64,000 nucleotides of DNA from positions 50,136,788 through 50,200,787 of the forward strand of contig CM120640.1 in the NCBI GenBank assembly GCA_051362555.1. The letters are read 5' to 3'. The position numbers were made by a program, and so were the translations under genes. Below are positions 26,201-38,600 of the stretch, piece by piece. The notes under the pieces were generated by a model, which did not search any database, had not been told where the DNA came from, and worked only from the letters and a program-made list of their open reading frames with translations. This stretch comes from Lingula anatina (Eukaryota; Animalia; Brachiopoda). Each line of letters begins with the position of its first letter. The stretch's first letter is position 1.

Positions 26201-29200
26201 GGTAGAGGTGCATTCATCAATCTCTTCTCACTGCCTTATATCAGTATATCTATTTCTCTATACAGGTGCCTCAGCAGTGCTTGGCCTCAATGCAGCATGG
26301 TTGATATGGAAGACCTGGCTTTTACTGTCATGGCAAATAGATTGATATATTACTGTCATCTTTTTTGGTTCCCAGTTATTTCATATATGTATGTTTCTCT
26401 TGTTTGATACAATTGTAATGTTACAGATTGCAGATGTGCTAAAAAGCTATGGCGGCAAGCTCAGCATATCAGATGATGGGGACTGTGCTTTCTTCGAGTT
26501 TGACAATGAACTTGCTTCCCTCATGTCTCAGCAAGGTAGCTTTTTGTATGTGGTTAGAATAGTTCTAACCTCTTTTGATTTGTACATCTACTTGTAACTT
26601 CTACCCCATGGCTTACAATAAAGACATGGTCAGGGGATCCATAACGGTCTGCACTTTTGTCATTTGTTATTTTGAAATGGAAATCATAACGTTGTTTAGA
26701 TAAATGACTACTAACTAAAAAATTTTATATGATTTTTTTCATTGAATGAAATACATTGCCATTGGTACTTTGATAGTCTAAAAACTTAACAACAATAAAA
26801 AACTTAACATCTGTAAAATATAATATTTTACGGAAATGTTAGTGAAATCCAATTTTGCATCACTATTCAATAAACATTATTCAATAAGAAAATGTCAAGA
26901 GATACCTTAAAATTATTTTCTTTAATTCACCTTATAATGACTTTCTGTATAAGTGATTTCCATTTCATTAGGAAAGCATGTCTGATTCTGTATTATATAG
27001 CTTTGTTCTTCACCATGGATCTTTATCCTGCATGTTTCCTGCTTCTTTGCCTAGGACCACCTGCAGTAGAAGGTGACACCCCTAAAATCTTCTTGTAGCT
27101 GCTTCCTGCATGGTGGATGTTGTTTACTTATTTAGCATGGTTTATATTTGGCTTGATTTGTAGGGTGGTGTACCACTAGATCACCAAGCAGAACCTGGGA
27201 ACCGTAAGGAGTTCGGTGCTCATCTTTTTTAAAATTGTCACAAATTGTTATAAAGAGAAAAGAGCCTGGTAGCAACCTGGACTGTGCTTCCATGTATGTC
27301 ACATGGTATATGCATGACAGACAGACTTGTTGATTAATCCTCTGCTTTATGCCTAATCAGATTGCCAACATCATGGCTTCATTTGGAAGTGGCATCGCTC
27401 GGGAATCAGTATTCATACGAGACTTTGAAGCACAATTTGCACAGCTGCTGGCAGGTAACGCACATGATATGCAACAAAGGCCAAGGTTCACATTTGGTCC
27501 AATATATACACTTAGTTTATCACTAAACACAAACATCATTTTACATACACTCTCTCCCCACCTAGCACAAAATTGCTGTTATTTAAGATAATGAGATATA
27601 CACTGTAGACACCAAACATTGCTGTAATGTATTTGTGGAGATTTATAAAGTTAATTAATAGTTTGTCAATTCAAATCTAATAACAGTTAAGTAAAGGTTG
27701 ATATCACTTGTACATTTATACATTAACAAAGATCTGTACTGAAAAGGTGTCATTCCAAAGTGTATTTGCTTCTATATTGTTGCTATTAAACAATATAAGG
27801 CGGCTGGGAATGCTATAACTTCATCATATAATATGGTCTGCCAATGCTTTCAGAAGTCATCACACATATTCTCTCAAAGTATAAGTGGAGCAAATTTCCT
27901 TAAAAGAAAACAAGAAAATAGGATCCTTTATTAAAGTATTCAGTTCATTAATTTGTTCCTTTTTAATTTTTAAATGTGAGTAATGGTATGCTGGGTTATA
28001 GATTGTGTTAGAGAATTTTGCAGTAGCAGTCAATTGAGTTATCTTAAACTTCCTTCTTTCTTCAATTTTTGATGTTGTTATTTTTCTACTGAATTTCTTA
28101 TCTATATGGTGTTGTACATCTTTTTTAATTTATTCTACTAATTTTTTCTCTTGATTTATCTGAAATCATAAGTTCTATTTCCGCTGTAGCTGAGCAGAAG
28201 ATTCAAAGCGTAGGTGACTGGTTACAGGACATGGGACTAGGGCAGTATGAAAATACAATGGTGGCCAATGGTTTTGATGATATGGATTTTTTGGTAAGAA
28301 AACTTTATGTTGACCACTTCATGGTAAAGGGGTCATTTTTGTATTGTGATTTTGGTATGCAATGTTTAAAAGATTTTGATTTCTTTTGTAGAATTTCCAG
28401 ATCTCACAGGAGGCTTATAATGGCAGCAGTTGATACTGAATTTTGACTGTAATGGCCAGGATGTAAAAAATGATCAATTAAAAAATGTGGGATTTCAAAA
28501 TTTTGAATACATGTATGAAGCAAAAGAAGATTTGAAAGCATGATCACAATCTTCTTCATGGATATTCCATGACAATAATTACCTATACCCTGCAAATAAA
28601 AGTAACGCAGCATTATGTTCTCATTTTATTTCTGATAAATAGATATGGAATAAACAAAGATGGTTTTACTTACATGTTAATGAATTTTGTCATTTCTAAA
28701 ATATCTTTTGTTAAAATCAATTTTTTATTTTTGTTATGAAAAAATATTATTAACCAACAAAAAGAAATTAATTTTTTTAAATATTTTTATTGTGTTTTAC
28801 TAGGGTGGCACAATTATTGAGGACCAGGACCTTATTGAGATTGGGATCACCAACCAAGAACACAGAGATAGAATTGTAGAAGCAGCTAAAACTTTAACTC
28901 CAATCCGACCTATAGGTAACACTGAGCTTTTTGGTACAAGCATATAGTCACTTCAAAATATGGTTAATGGATACATGTAATTACAATGGTCTTCTGCCAA
29001 AGAGAGATTCTAGTATTGATTGAGACTTCACTTGTTATTCAGACTTTCATATTAAAGAAATGTTTTATTGTTGAGGAAAGATTCCTGTATAGGTAAAGCT
29101 ACTTTTAAATCTTTGATTTGAAGGCAGCAAAAAATTGCCCTTATCAGTGGAAGAATGGTTGTCATCCTTACGGCTTCAAGAGTATACTGAAACATTCCTG

Positions 29201-30630
29201 AATAATGGGTTCACAAGCATGGACAGAGTGCGGAAGATATGGGTATTAGAATTAGATACGGTAGGTGAAACATCACCTGTTTAGTGAAGAAGCTTTGTAT
29301 GTGTTATTGATCAGAAACAATATTGTGGTAAATATGCCAAAAATGGTTTTAATTTGGTGCCAAAAAAATGTGAAATGGTGAAAATTCATTATTTTAAAAA
29401 GAAAACTGTTCATAAATTTTTTTTTCATTTGGTAAAATTTATCACCCCAATGCTTCACTTTCTGCATTTTTTCTTCAGGTACTTGGTATTACCACTCTAG
29501 GACACAGGAAAAGAATTCTAGCATCTCTTGGAGAACGGCCAGAGGAAGAAAAAATCATATCGGATGATTCAGTGAGTTAAATGTGTATAACACAAGCTAT
29601 GAAACTTTGAAATAGCTGATACCACTTATTTTAGGGAAACAAGAAGCATTTTTTACCAAACTTGTGATATATGTTTGATAAGAATGTTATACCTTTTAAT
29701 TTTGGACAGTTTGACATTCTTATGGAGCTAAATGACGTAATTGTGTTAGTTGAGAAATGGGTAACAATTGTTATGCATTGAACTAATCAGCAAAATAAAA
29801 TTAATATTTTCACATTGTTTTTGTAGTTATTTTCCCTAAATAACCTTAGTGTATTTTTATATTATAATTAAAAACCAAGCTGTCTCAATTTTACAGAAAT
29901 GGAATCTCAGTCCATTAACAGGAGACAAGACTTCCATCCCAGATGAGTACCTGACCACAAAACAAGCCACAGATATTAACCTTTATAAAGACTACACAAG
30001 TGTGAAACCTAATTATCAGGGCCAACACTTTGAACCAGAATCAACAGAGCACATTCCACTGAATCCAAATAAGAAGGACACGACAGAAGGGTCTGATCCG
30101 GTAAAGACTGTCATAAAGACACACTGTTGGCATTTTCTAGAGTTTGTTAAAGATGCTGTCTTCCTTCATGTTAACATTAAGCAGTATTTTAATATATCTA
30201 TATTAATCTTCAAGAATCAAAGCAAAATTCAAATGCAGACATTTGTATTGAGTTTTGTTTTGGTTGACTGTTTTTTAATTACAGGTGTTTTCAAATCATA
30301 CTTGAGAATATTGATAGGTTTGTGTGCACAACTTCAATTGGGATCTTTGTGTTATTCAGTATCTTGTAATTAATTGTAAGTCAGTTAGTTCTTTGATTGA
30401 TGGCATATGCAACTGTAAGGATTGCCATTTCATCATCATTCTAGTTTTGAGTTTGATACATGTATCTCTTGAACACAGCAGGTTGGATTAAGAGATGATG
30501 CTATCAACATCCGCCCCCCACACCTTGCTCACACACAGAGTCCAGTGAAGAAGTGGCGACATAGGCCTGAGGTGCTCATTAAGGGATGTTGCAATTATAC
30601 AGCTCAGGTACACAGAAGACCCGTGTGTGA

Positions 30631-30665
<35 letters not shown>

Positions 30666-33600
30666 TGTGTGCATGGGTGTGTATTATGTGCCTTAATATG
30701 TATTTATGTAGTTGTTTGTTGGAGTTGGGAAAGTGTTTTACTTTGATTTATGACCACTTGGATTCATTCAGGAGACCATGTATGACAAAATTGTTTTTGT
30801 ATTGAAACATAACTATGTTGAAAATTATTCTAAATTTAATCACATTATTCTTGCTTTTACAGTACCTTGGTTCATGTCTTGTTAAAGATCTTCAAGGAAT
30901 AGACTCAACAAAAGAAGGGATTTTAAAAATGAAAGTAAGTATGAGAAATACATACCAAATTTCCAAAAGCCACTTAAGGGCATACATAAGACATGAAGCT
31001 GGAACTTAAATCCAGGTGGCTGATTACTTAGTAAAATGAAAATATGTTGCCATCTGATGTAGAGCACGGAGTCATGGTTTCTGAAAGCAAGAAGATATCT
31101 CCTCTGTCCCATGTTTGCATGATGTCAGGCAATGTAAGGTTTGGCAGGATGGTTCAAGTGTCAGTTTGGAAATTAATCTGTGTTGGTGATGGTGTGATAT
31201 ATTGTTCAATTCAAGAGACCATGATATTATAAGAGTTGCTAATGATAATGAATGCCTTGAGCTGAAGTTCTTGCATCAAGAAGCATGGAATAGACCTGTG
31301 CAAACCCCACCAGAGTTGTATGCTGAGGTTGCACACTACAGGCTTTTATCTGAACAGAATCATTTTTTAGATGGCATGAGGTGTGCTCTCTCCCTCCTTT
31401 CAAAACGTAATTGAAACTAATTGTCAAGTGTTAGGTAGCATCAGTTTCAAGATATGCTATATGTTAAACAACTGCTTTAGTAATATTTATTAAATTGGGG
31501 AATTGCTCTTACTTGTTTTTTGTTAATCAGCTTCTTTACACATTTAAAACCAACAGCCCTTGTTACATCAACTATCATAGAAAGTAAGTAGTTGTATATC
31601 TGGCAAAAAGAATTTGAGAACACAAAAACTTTGAATGAATTGTAACTTACTAATAAACTTGATTGATCCACATCTGAGCTGTGATAATTGGATGTTATAT
31701 GAATGTTTTCTTAATTAATTTCTGTAAATCATTTCAAATTATTTATTTAGATATATTTTGGAATGAACTGTTTTTAATCTCTTTAATCTCTCTCCATTGC
31801 ATTACCAAAATTATTTTGAATTTTAAGAAAATGGAATATATATGAATATGTGCATTTCAGTTTTATGCTTGGCATGCTTTCTTAGTACAGTTACATCTCT
31901 GCTACCTAAGTGCTATTACCGATTTGTATTGCATTATGTCATTTTATTTAAGATTTAGTACACAGCAATTTAGATGAGATGTTTACTTTGCATGCAAAAT
32001 GTAATATATATTTATGGTTGATTGAAAATGGCAACATGAGTATAGAATGGCTGCATAAGAAAGTTTGATAGCTGCTCTCAGCAGCAAAGAAACGCTTCGA
32101 AAACGCATTTCGGGGAACACTTTATTGCGTTTCGATAATCGATTTTCATGTTTGTTCGTAAGGTTAACACGAAGTTAGCTACGCACTGACCTTAAAACCT
32201 GTGTGACTTTGCTTTAACACAAATTAAGTCACTTGTAAACTACAGGAAAATCACAGGTGATTTATTTCAAATGTCACATAAAAAACATTAGTGTGCGCTA
32301 ACTTTGACCAATACAATAAAAATTGCCATTGAAAGAGAATCAAGACACTCTTATATGTTTAAACAGACACGCTTAGCTTGACTTAGTGTGAAAAAAGGAT
32401 AATATTTGCCAGAGGTCTCCCTTTTCAACTTGAATATTTGTATTTATCAGGTGTATTTAATAACAGTGAAAGGCTGCATGCTGACTGGTTGAGTGAACAA
32501 AATGAGGCGTATCAGTCCGTTCCAGCAGACTGCCCTGGATGCAACCTAACACGGCTTATTCATGCAGAACATTGAGTTTAATAATCTGTAAAACGATAGA
32601 GTTTGGCTCAATTGACTGTCTGGGAGTGAAATACAAACACTTATGCTGTATTGTTTATTTCCATTTTTTTATCAAACACATTTCATCCCCCAGTGCACAA
32701 GAAGTGTGAGTGTGTGTATAATCTTAGACAGTCTTGGGTAATATATGTCTGGAATTCTACTAGGGTATATGTAGGAATGTGGTGTTGACACGGTACCTGA
32801 TTTCCTATTTAATTGCATGTGTGAATTCATGATGCATTCACAGAAAAGCGTGTAGTTTAGACCCTGCGCAGTCGTGTGTCTGGTGCACGGCGCATGTCTG
32901 TGCCCCCTCCTGACCCCCCCCAGGTACAGAGATTTCAGACCAAAATAATTTAGTTTATTTTTTCAAAAGTCTGATCTTTATCAAATATCCTGGGGATGTG
33001 AAAGCACTATTTCAATATGATAGAAGTGATTGGCATGAGTGGATAGATAGTCAAGTAGTATTCTGCTACATGAGTGTTATGTTTCACTTGACGCTTGATG
33101 GAAAAGCAGTAAAGTGGAAAATTTGTGTGCAGCTCACCATGACTGTAGAATCAACGGACTGCATACGCTCAAATAAAGACGCATTCGTTAACAACTGCAT
33201 ACTGTACAGTATACAGACGGTAGTCGGTATTCGAGCACCAGACATTTGTAGACATTATGAAGCACTGCGCATTGCATGGATCGCTGTTGAAATGTTCTAA
33301 GAGAACGTTGGTCTTTGTTACTATTGACAGAATGAATGGAACAACAGTGATTGAAAGGTGTTGCTGATCTGGTGAGCTCGACTGAAAATTATTGCGTGTC
33401 TGTGGCATCGATGTCAGACGAGGTGTGGGATTTTAACGCTTGCGAAGTCATTTTGTGAGGAGTCAAAATGGTTGATAGTCGACTTGTTTTAACTTACTTT
33501 TCAGGTATATTGTCAAGTCAGTCTGTAAGGTTAGGCTGCACAAAGTCTTTAAGGTTAGGTATCAAGATTTCATGGTTTCTGTTCAGTAATATAAGAAATA

Positions 33601-35611
33601 TGATACGAAGCTTTTGTTTAACAGACAAAGAAGTGAAAGCTAGTGGTTGGTCATATTGCAGTAAGGTTCTAGGATGATTACATGGTAATGTTTCTTTTTT
33701 TCCAGAAATCAACAGACTCCATAGCTAAAGTGCCAACCATACAATTATCCATATCCTATAAGGGAGTGAAGTTCATTGATGCCAAGTCCAGGGTATGTGA
33801 TCATTGCACAGCTGTTAAAAAGAATTGCCATTTTAGAATATACAAACATTTTCCAAGATATATTATGAAGTGAACAAGGATCTTGTATTTAAAAATCATG
33901 ATTTTCAGTGGGATTCACAAGTTACCCTAATCGTCTATAAAAATTGGTTTTATGAACATATAAATTTAAATATGATAAATATTAAATGCTCAGCATCACT
34001 AAATAATAGAATATTAGGATATTTGTGCACCTGTTACACCACACATTAAGCACAACGAGACAGCTAAATAATTAATTATCCTAATTAAATGTTCTGTACA
34101 AATTAGTAGAAACTATCAAAGCAGAACAAGTTAATCTTGATAGTTTAAGCATTTAACTAGGAGGTAGTTATATTGTTGAAACATTTTCTTTTTTTTCCCC
34201 TATTTTTTGGAACTCCATTCATAATTGACTTAAATCTAAATTAGTATTTTTACACAGCCCCCTTTCATAATTTTGTTGCACTTCTTGTAATTTTTCTATG
34301 ATTTTTTAAAAATCCTAATGATTGTCAAGTCAAGTCACAGAATCGGGGTTTGTTAGGTTTTAATAATGGTTTATGCTTTTACAGATAAAATGAAAACCAT
34401 TTTACTTTTTGTGTTCAAACTTTCAAAACTGATAAATATTGATAAAATACAGGTCTAGTTCGAAAATAAGCCTGATGGGACCATTTTTTTCCAAAAGTTA
34501 TGCAATATTTTTTTTTCTTTTTATGTACAGACACAGATGTGTCTGTACATATAGCCATTACCTGCATCTGTTTAAAAAATTAGAGAAAATGCAGGCTTTG
34601 ACTTTTCAGATATTGAATTTTATTACAGTTCAATTAGATCAAGGAAGTCCTTAATTAGATCAGATGTTACCCTGAGCTCCACATCTGATGCATCCCCATT
34701 TAAAAATCCCAGTATGTGTATGCCAATACTTTGACCCGCATCCAATCACTAACACCACATAACTCTCTGGATTTGGTAGTTCTGACGAAGGGCGTGATGT
34801 AGTTTTCAGACCCTCGATTGGTGTGGTAATCTTCAGTCACCTTAAGCTGAAATACAGTTATGACAAGCAGGCAGGTTTGAAATTAAAAATAAATAATAAT
34901 AATAATCTGGTCCACAACTGCTCTGAATCTGGGTCTAGCTAAAGGTAAACACTTCTGTGAAAAATTTTCAATTTAATTTAACTATGTAGCTGTAAACTAG
35001 TTATCAGTTTTAAGGTTTCTGTTAGGCCCTATCATAAAAGTTTCAGGGATTGTGGTGCACATATTTTAACTAATAGTAAACATGTTATTAATGTAAGACG
35101 ACCAGTATAAGATGTCCCCACAAATGACTCAAACTTAACAAATTTTCCTTGGGTAAACAGTATTTTTTTCTGACTAACCAACCTTTGGTCCAGCTTTTCT
35201 GACACTCACCATAATGATAAAAATCTGGAAAAATTAAAGTACCCTTAACCCATGGAGGGTATCAAGAGGTGGTAGATTTTTTTCCAATATTAATTCATGG
35301 CATTTACCTGCTGAAAATGATCAAAAAGTATTTCCCGCACTCAGATATGTCCAGCAAAAAGTGGTTAATGTACTTAATCTGTGTTTAAAATCTGTAAATT
35401 TGGCTCTTTAAGCATTAATCCTTAACTTTTGCAAGAAAACATGTCCAATGTCAAGATATCTATTTTGATTACCGTTTATTTATTTAGATAAATAGTTATT
35501 TAGATATTGTACCAGTACCACAAACAGTAACCGCACCATTTGGGGATTATGTTAACAATTGACCTTAAACACATAATATAGAGTGGAATAATACTAAAAT
35601 TACTAAGTAGT

Positions 35612-35665
<54 letters not shown>

Positions 35666-38600
35666 AATATACTGCCAACCTGAGCAATATATGCCAGAAA
35701 ACCTCAAGCCTCGTGTGAGGGTGGAAGTGTACTACTATTTTAAGAGGGAAAAATACTCACATTTCACCAAAAACACCCCTAAAACTGAATATATCATGTA
35801 CACTTACTTAACATCTCTAAGGAAGTATATCTGCACGTCCATGATACTGAATATCAACATTAGGACATGGGCATCAAAATTTCAACATGGTGCCGATCTT
35901 GTGAGCACGCTTTTCGCTTAGAATATGTATAGTATTTTGGAAAATGTAAGATTAAACACATACCCAAATTATCAGGAAGGGGTACACCTAACTTCACAGG
36001 GTTGGGAAAGAATGCTGCGATCCTGAACTGGCGGTTAAACAGAGGTGACATGAAGTCGTTTCTTGTGCACAAGCGTTCCACTTAGAATATGTATCGTATT
36101 TTGCTTTGTATTCATAAATTTTGTAAATGTAAAATTAAACGCATATAAAAATTATCAGTGAAGAGTACACTTAACTTCATAGAGTTGGGAAAGCATGCTG
36201 TGTGATCCTGAATCAGCAGTTAAACAGCGATGACATAAAATCATTTTTTGTGAATTACACACTAAAAAGTGGGTACTGGATATAGCTAATTTAATTAGTC
36301 TCATTTAATATTCATGTGACCAGGTCATTACATTATCAGTGGAAATCTCCACTATTTACACTAAGTGTCTGTGTCTAATCTGAATTGGGAAAAGAAACTA
36401 AATGTAACTGTAACTAATTAATTAGCATAGAGTCATGGTTTCTCTTTGTAAAAACAAAAAAGGCTTCATTTTTGTCTTCATATGTTACAGTGTCTGCAGT
36501 GGCCAAGAATTAACATTGCTTCATTTGTCTCTGTAGGTGAATGGATTCTAAAATTAATATCCCATATATTTTACCTCTTAAAAGATTATGACAAAGAACA
36601 CACTTAAAAAAGAAAAACAATAGACTAACTTTGAATGTCAGAACAGATTTATTGGTCATTGGTAAGCATGGGAAGATCATCACTTACCCCAGGAAATTCC
36701 TTTTTAAGGCACTTTTCTCACCAAATTGAAGTTTTTATCCCTTAAACTACTTGTATCTCATTAAGAACTTGTGGCGTATGACTGCCTAAAGTTAGCTTAA
36801 ACCAAGTTTGCCACATTAGCAAACATGGTATAATTTGTGACTTTTATGAGAGCAGTTGATTATTCTCTTTATTTCAGAAAGTAATTTGCGAACATGAAGT
36901 GAGCAACATCTTCTGTGCCTGTCAGGATGCAGACAACCTCAACTATTTTGCCTACATCACCAAGGACCTTCAGGCGGGGAAACACTACTGTCATGTCTTC
37001 AGTGTGGGAAGTACCGTATGTATACACAGCTTGATAAAGCTGCCATTTTTCTTATACAATTGCTTGATATTAGATAAATGTTATTTGAAAAAACAGATGT
37101 TAAAGATTACTGTAACATTGGTTTTATGTTTAAAGATGCATTGCGGTTATATGGCTAATACAAAGACTGTAAAATGAGCCAAATAGAGAGTCACGGTATA
37201 CTTATTGTGATTTTACAGAAATATGTCGTAGAAGTATTGATGTTAAATATTTTGAAAGAAGTTCTTATATATTGTTCATAATTGTTGTTAGATTGTTTAT
37301 GTTAAGTAATGTGTTTTAGTGATAATGATCATATCACTTACTTTGGAACATTAATATGTCCACAAGTCACTGGAAGTTGGTCAATCACAGGTCAACCAAA
37401 TTCCAACAACTTGTAGGCATTCAAACTGATGATGTTCTTGTGGCAAGAGTGAAAGTTAGCTGTTTGGTTAACTTTTTTGTTCTAAAATAAGTTATTACAG
37501 GGATGAAATATTTTCATCTATTGGCAGATTTCCCACTTTTGGGAGCCAAAAATATCATAAGGCCCCTGGACCCCACGATATATTTTCCAACTTTTTAGCT
37601 AAATGGCATTTTCATCCTTGTTATCATTATCACTTAAAAACCTCTCTGAAATTTAATAAATATAGTTTTCATTTGTTCATCTTTTATAACAACACAGCTA
37701 AATGATGCAGACATACTGCCATTATACAGGATATTCTCAGAGTCTTTGTACACACAAGTCAGAAACCTGTATTAAAGATGTGTAGAGACCTTTTGAATAC
37801 CCTGTATATTAGCATTGGGTACAGTTACACCAGAAAGTGTTGGTCAGGTTGGATTACAGCAAAGTATATATCAGTTTATTTCTTTAGGCTATGATATGGA
37901 AGAAAACCTGAGACTGAGGTGGATGTTTAACTGGTACCAGGTTGATGCAGATAGTTCTCACAGATATATGCTTTCCAGAATTCATCAGATTTTGCTGGCA
38001 GCCAGATTCTGAGATTCTAGATCATTTTCTTATTACAGATTTCATTGTTGTCTAACAGGTTTCATTTTTCATGTTTCATTTGGAAAGTCAGTAGCATGTG
38101 TGCTTGAATGTTCCAGTGATGTCACAGTGAACTTCTCTGAAAGGCACTGTGAATCCCAGCAACTGACTCTTTGTTGAACTTGTGAAATGTACTTGTAGGT
38201 TGAAATTAAACAAAATGTTGAATTAAGGAAACACAGTTAATACTCATTTTAAAAAAATGCTCCACTGAATTATCAAGCCTTACAGATTAGCGAGTATAGG
38301 TATTAATTGTAAAGTAGTTCCTAATGTTTTTGTCCACAGCTAGTCATGCCAAAGATGACCAGTAGTACCTACAATGCCTTTTTTATGATGTTGGTGAAGA
38401 TTTATGGGAGAGGGGGGGGGGTCACGTTGGAGCCACCAACCTATGATTACTATATGTTCAGTTGCCAGTATTGAGTATAAGCATTACTTACTACTACCCT
38501 GCTATTTTCTTGAACTAGTATACTGAACATTGAGATGAATGACGGTATAACTGGTTTTACCAATTCACTTCACCTTTTCCCTAACAAGAAAAATAAATAC

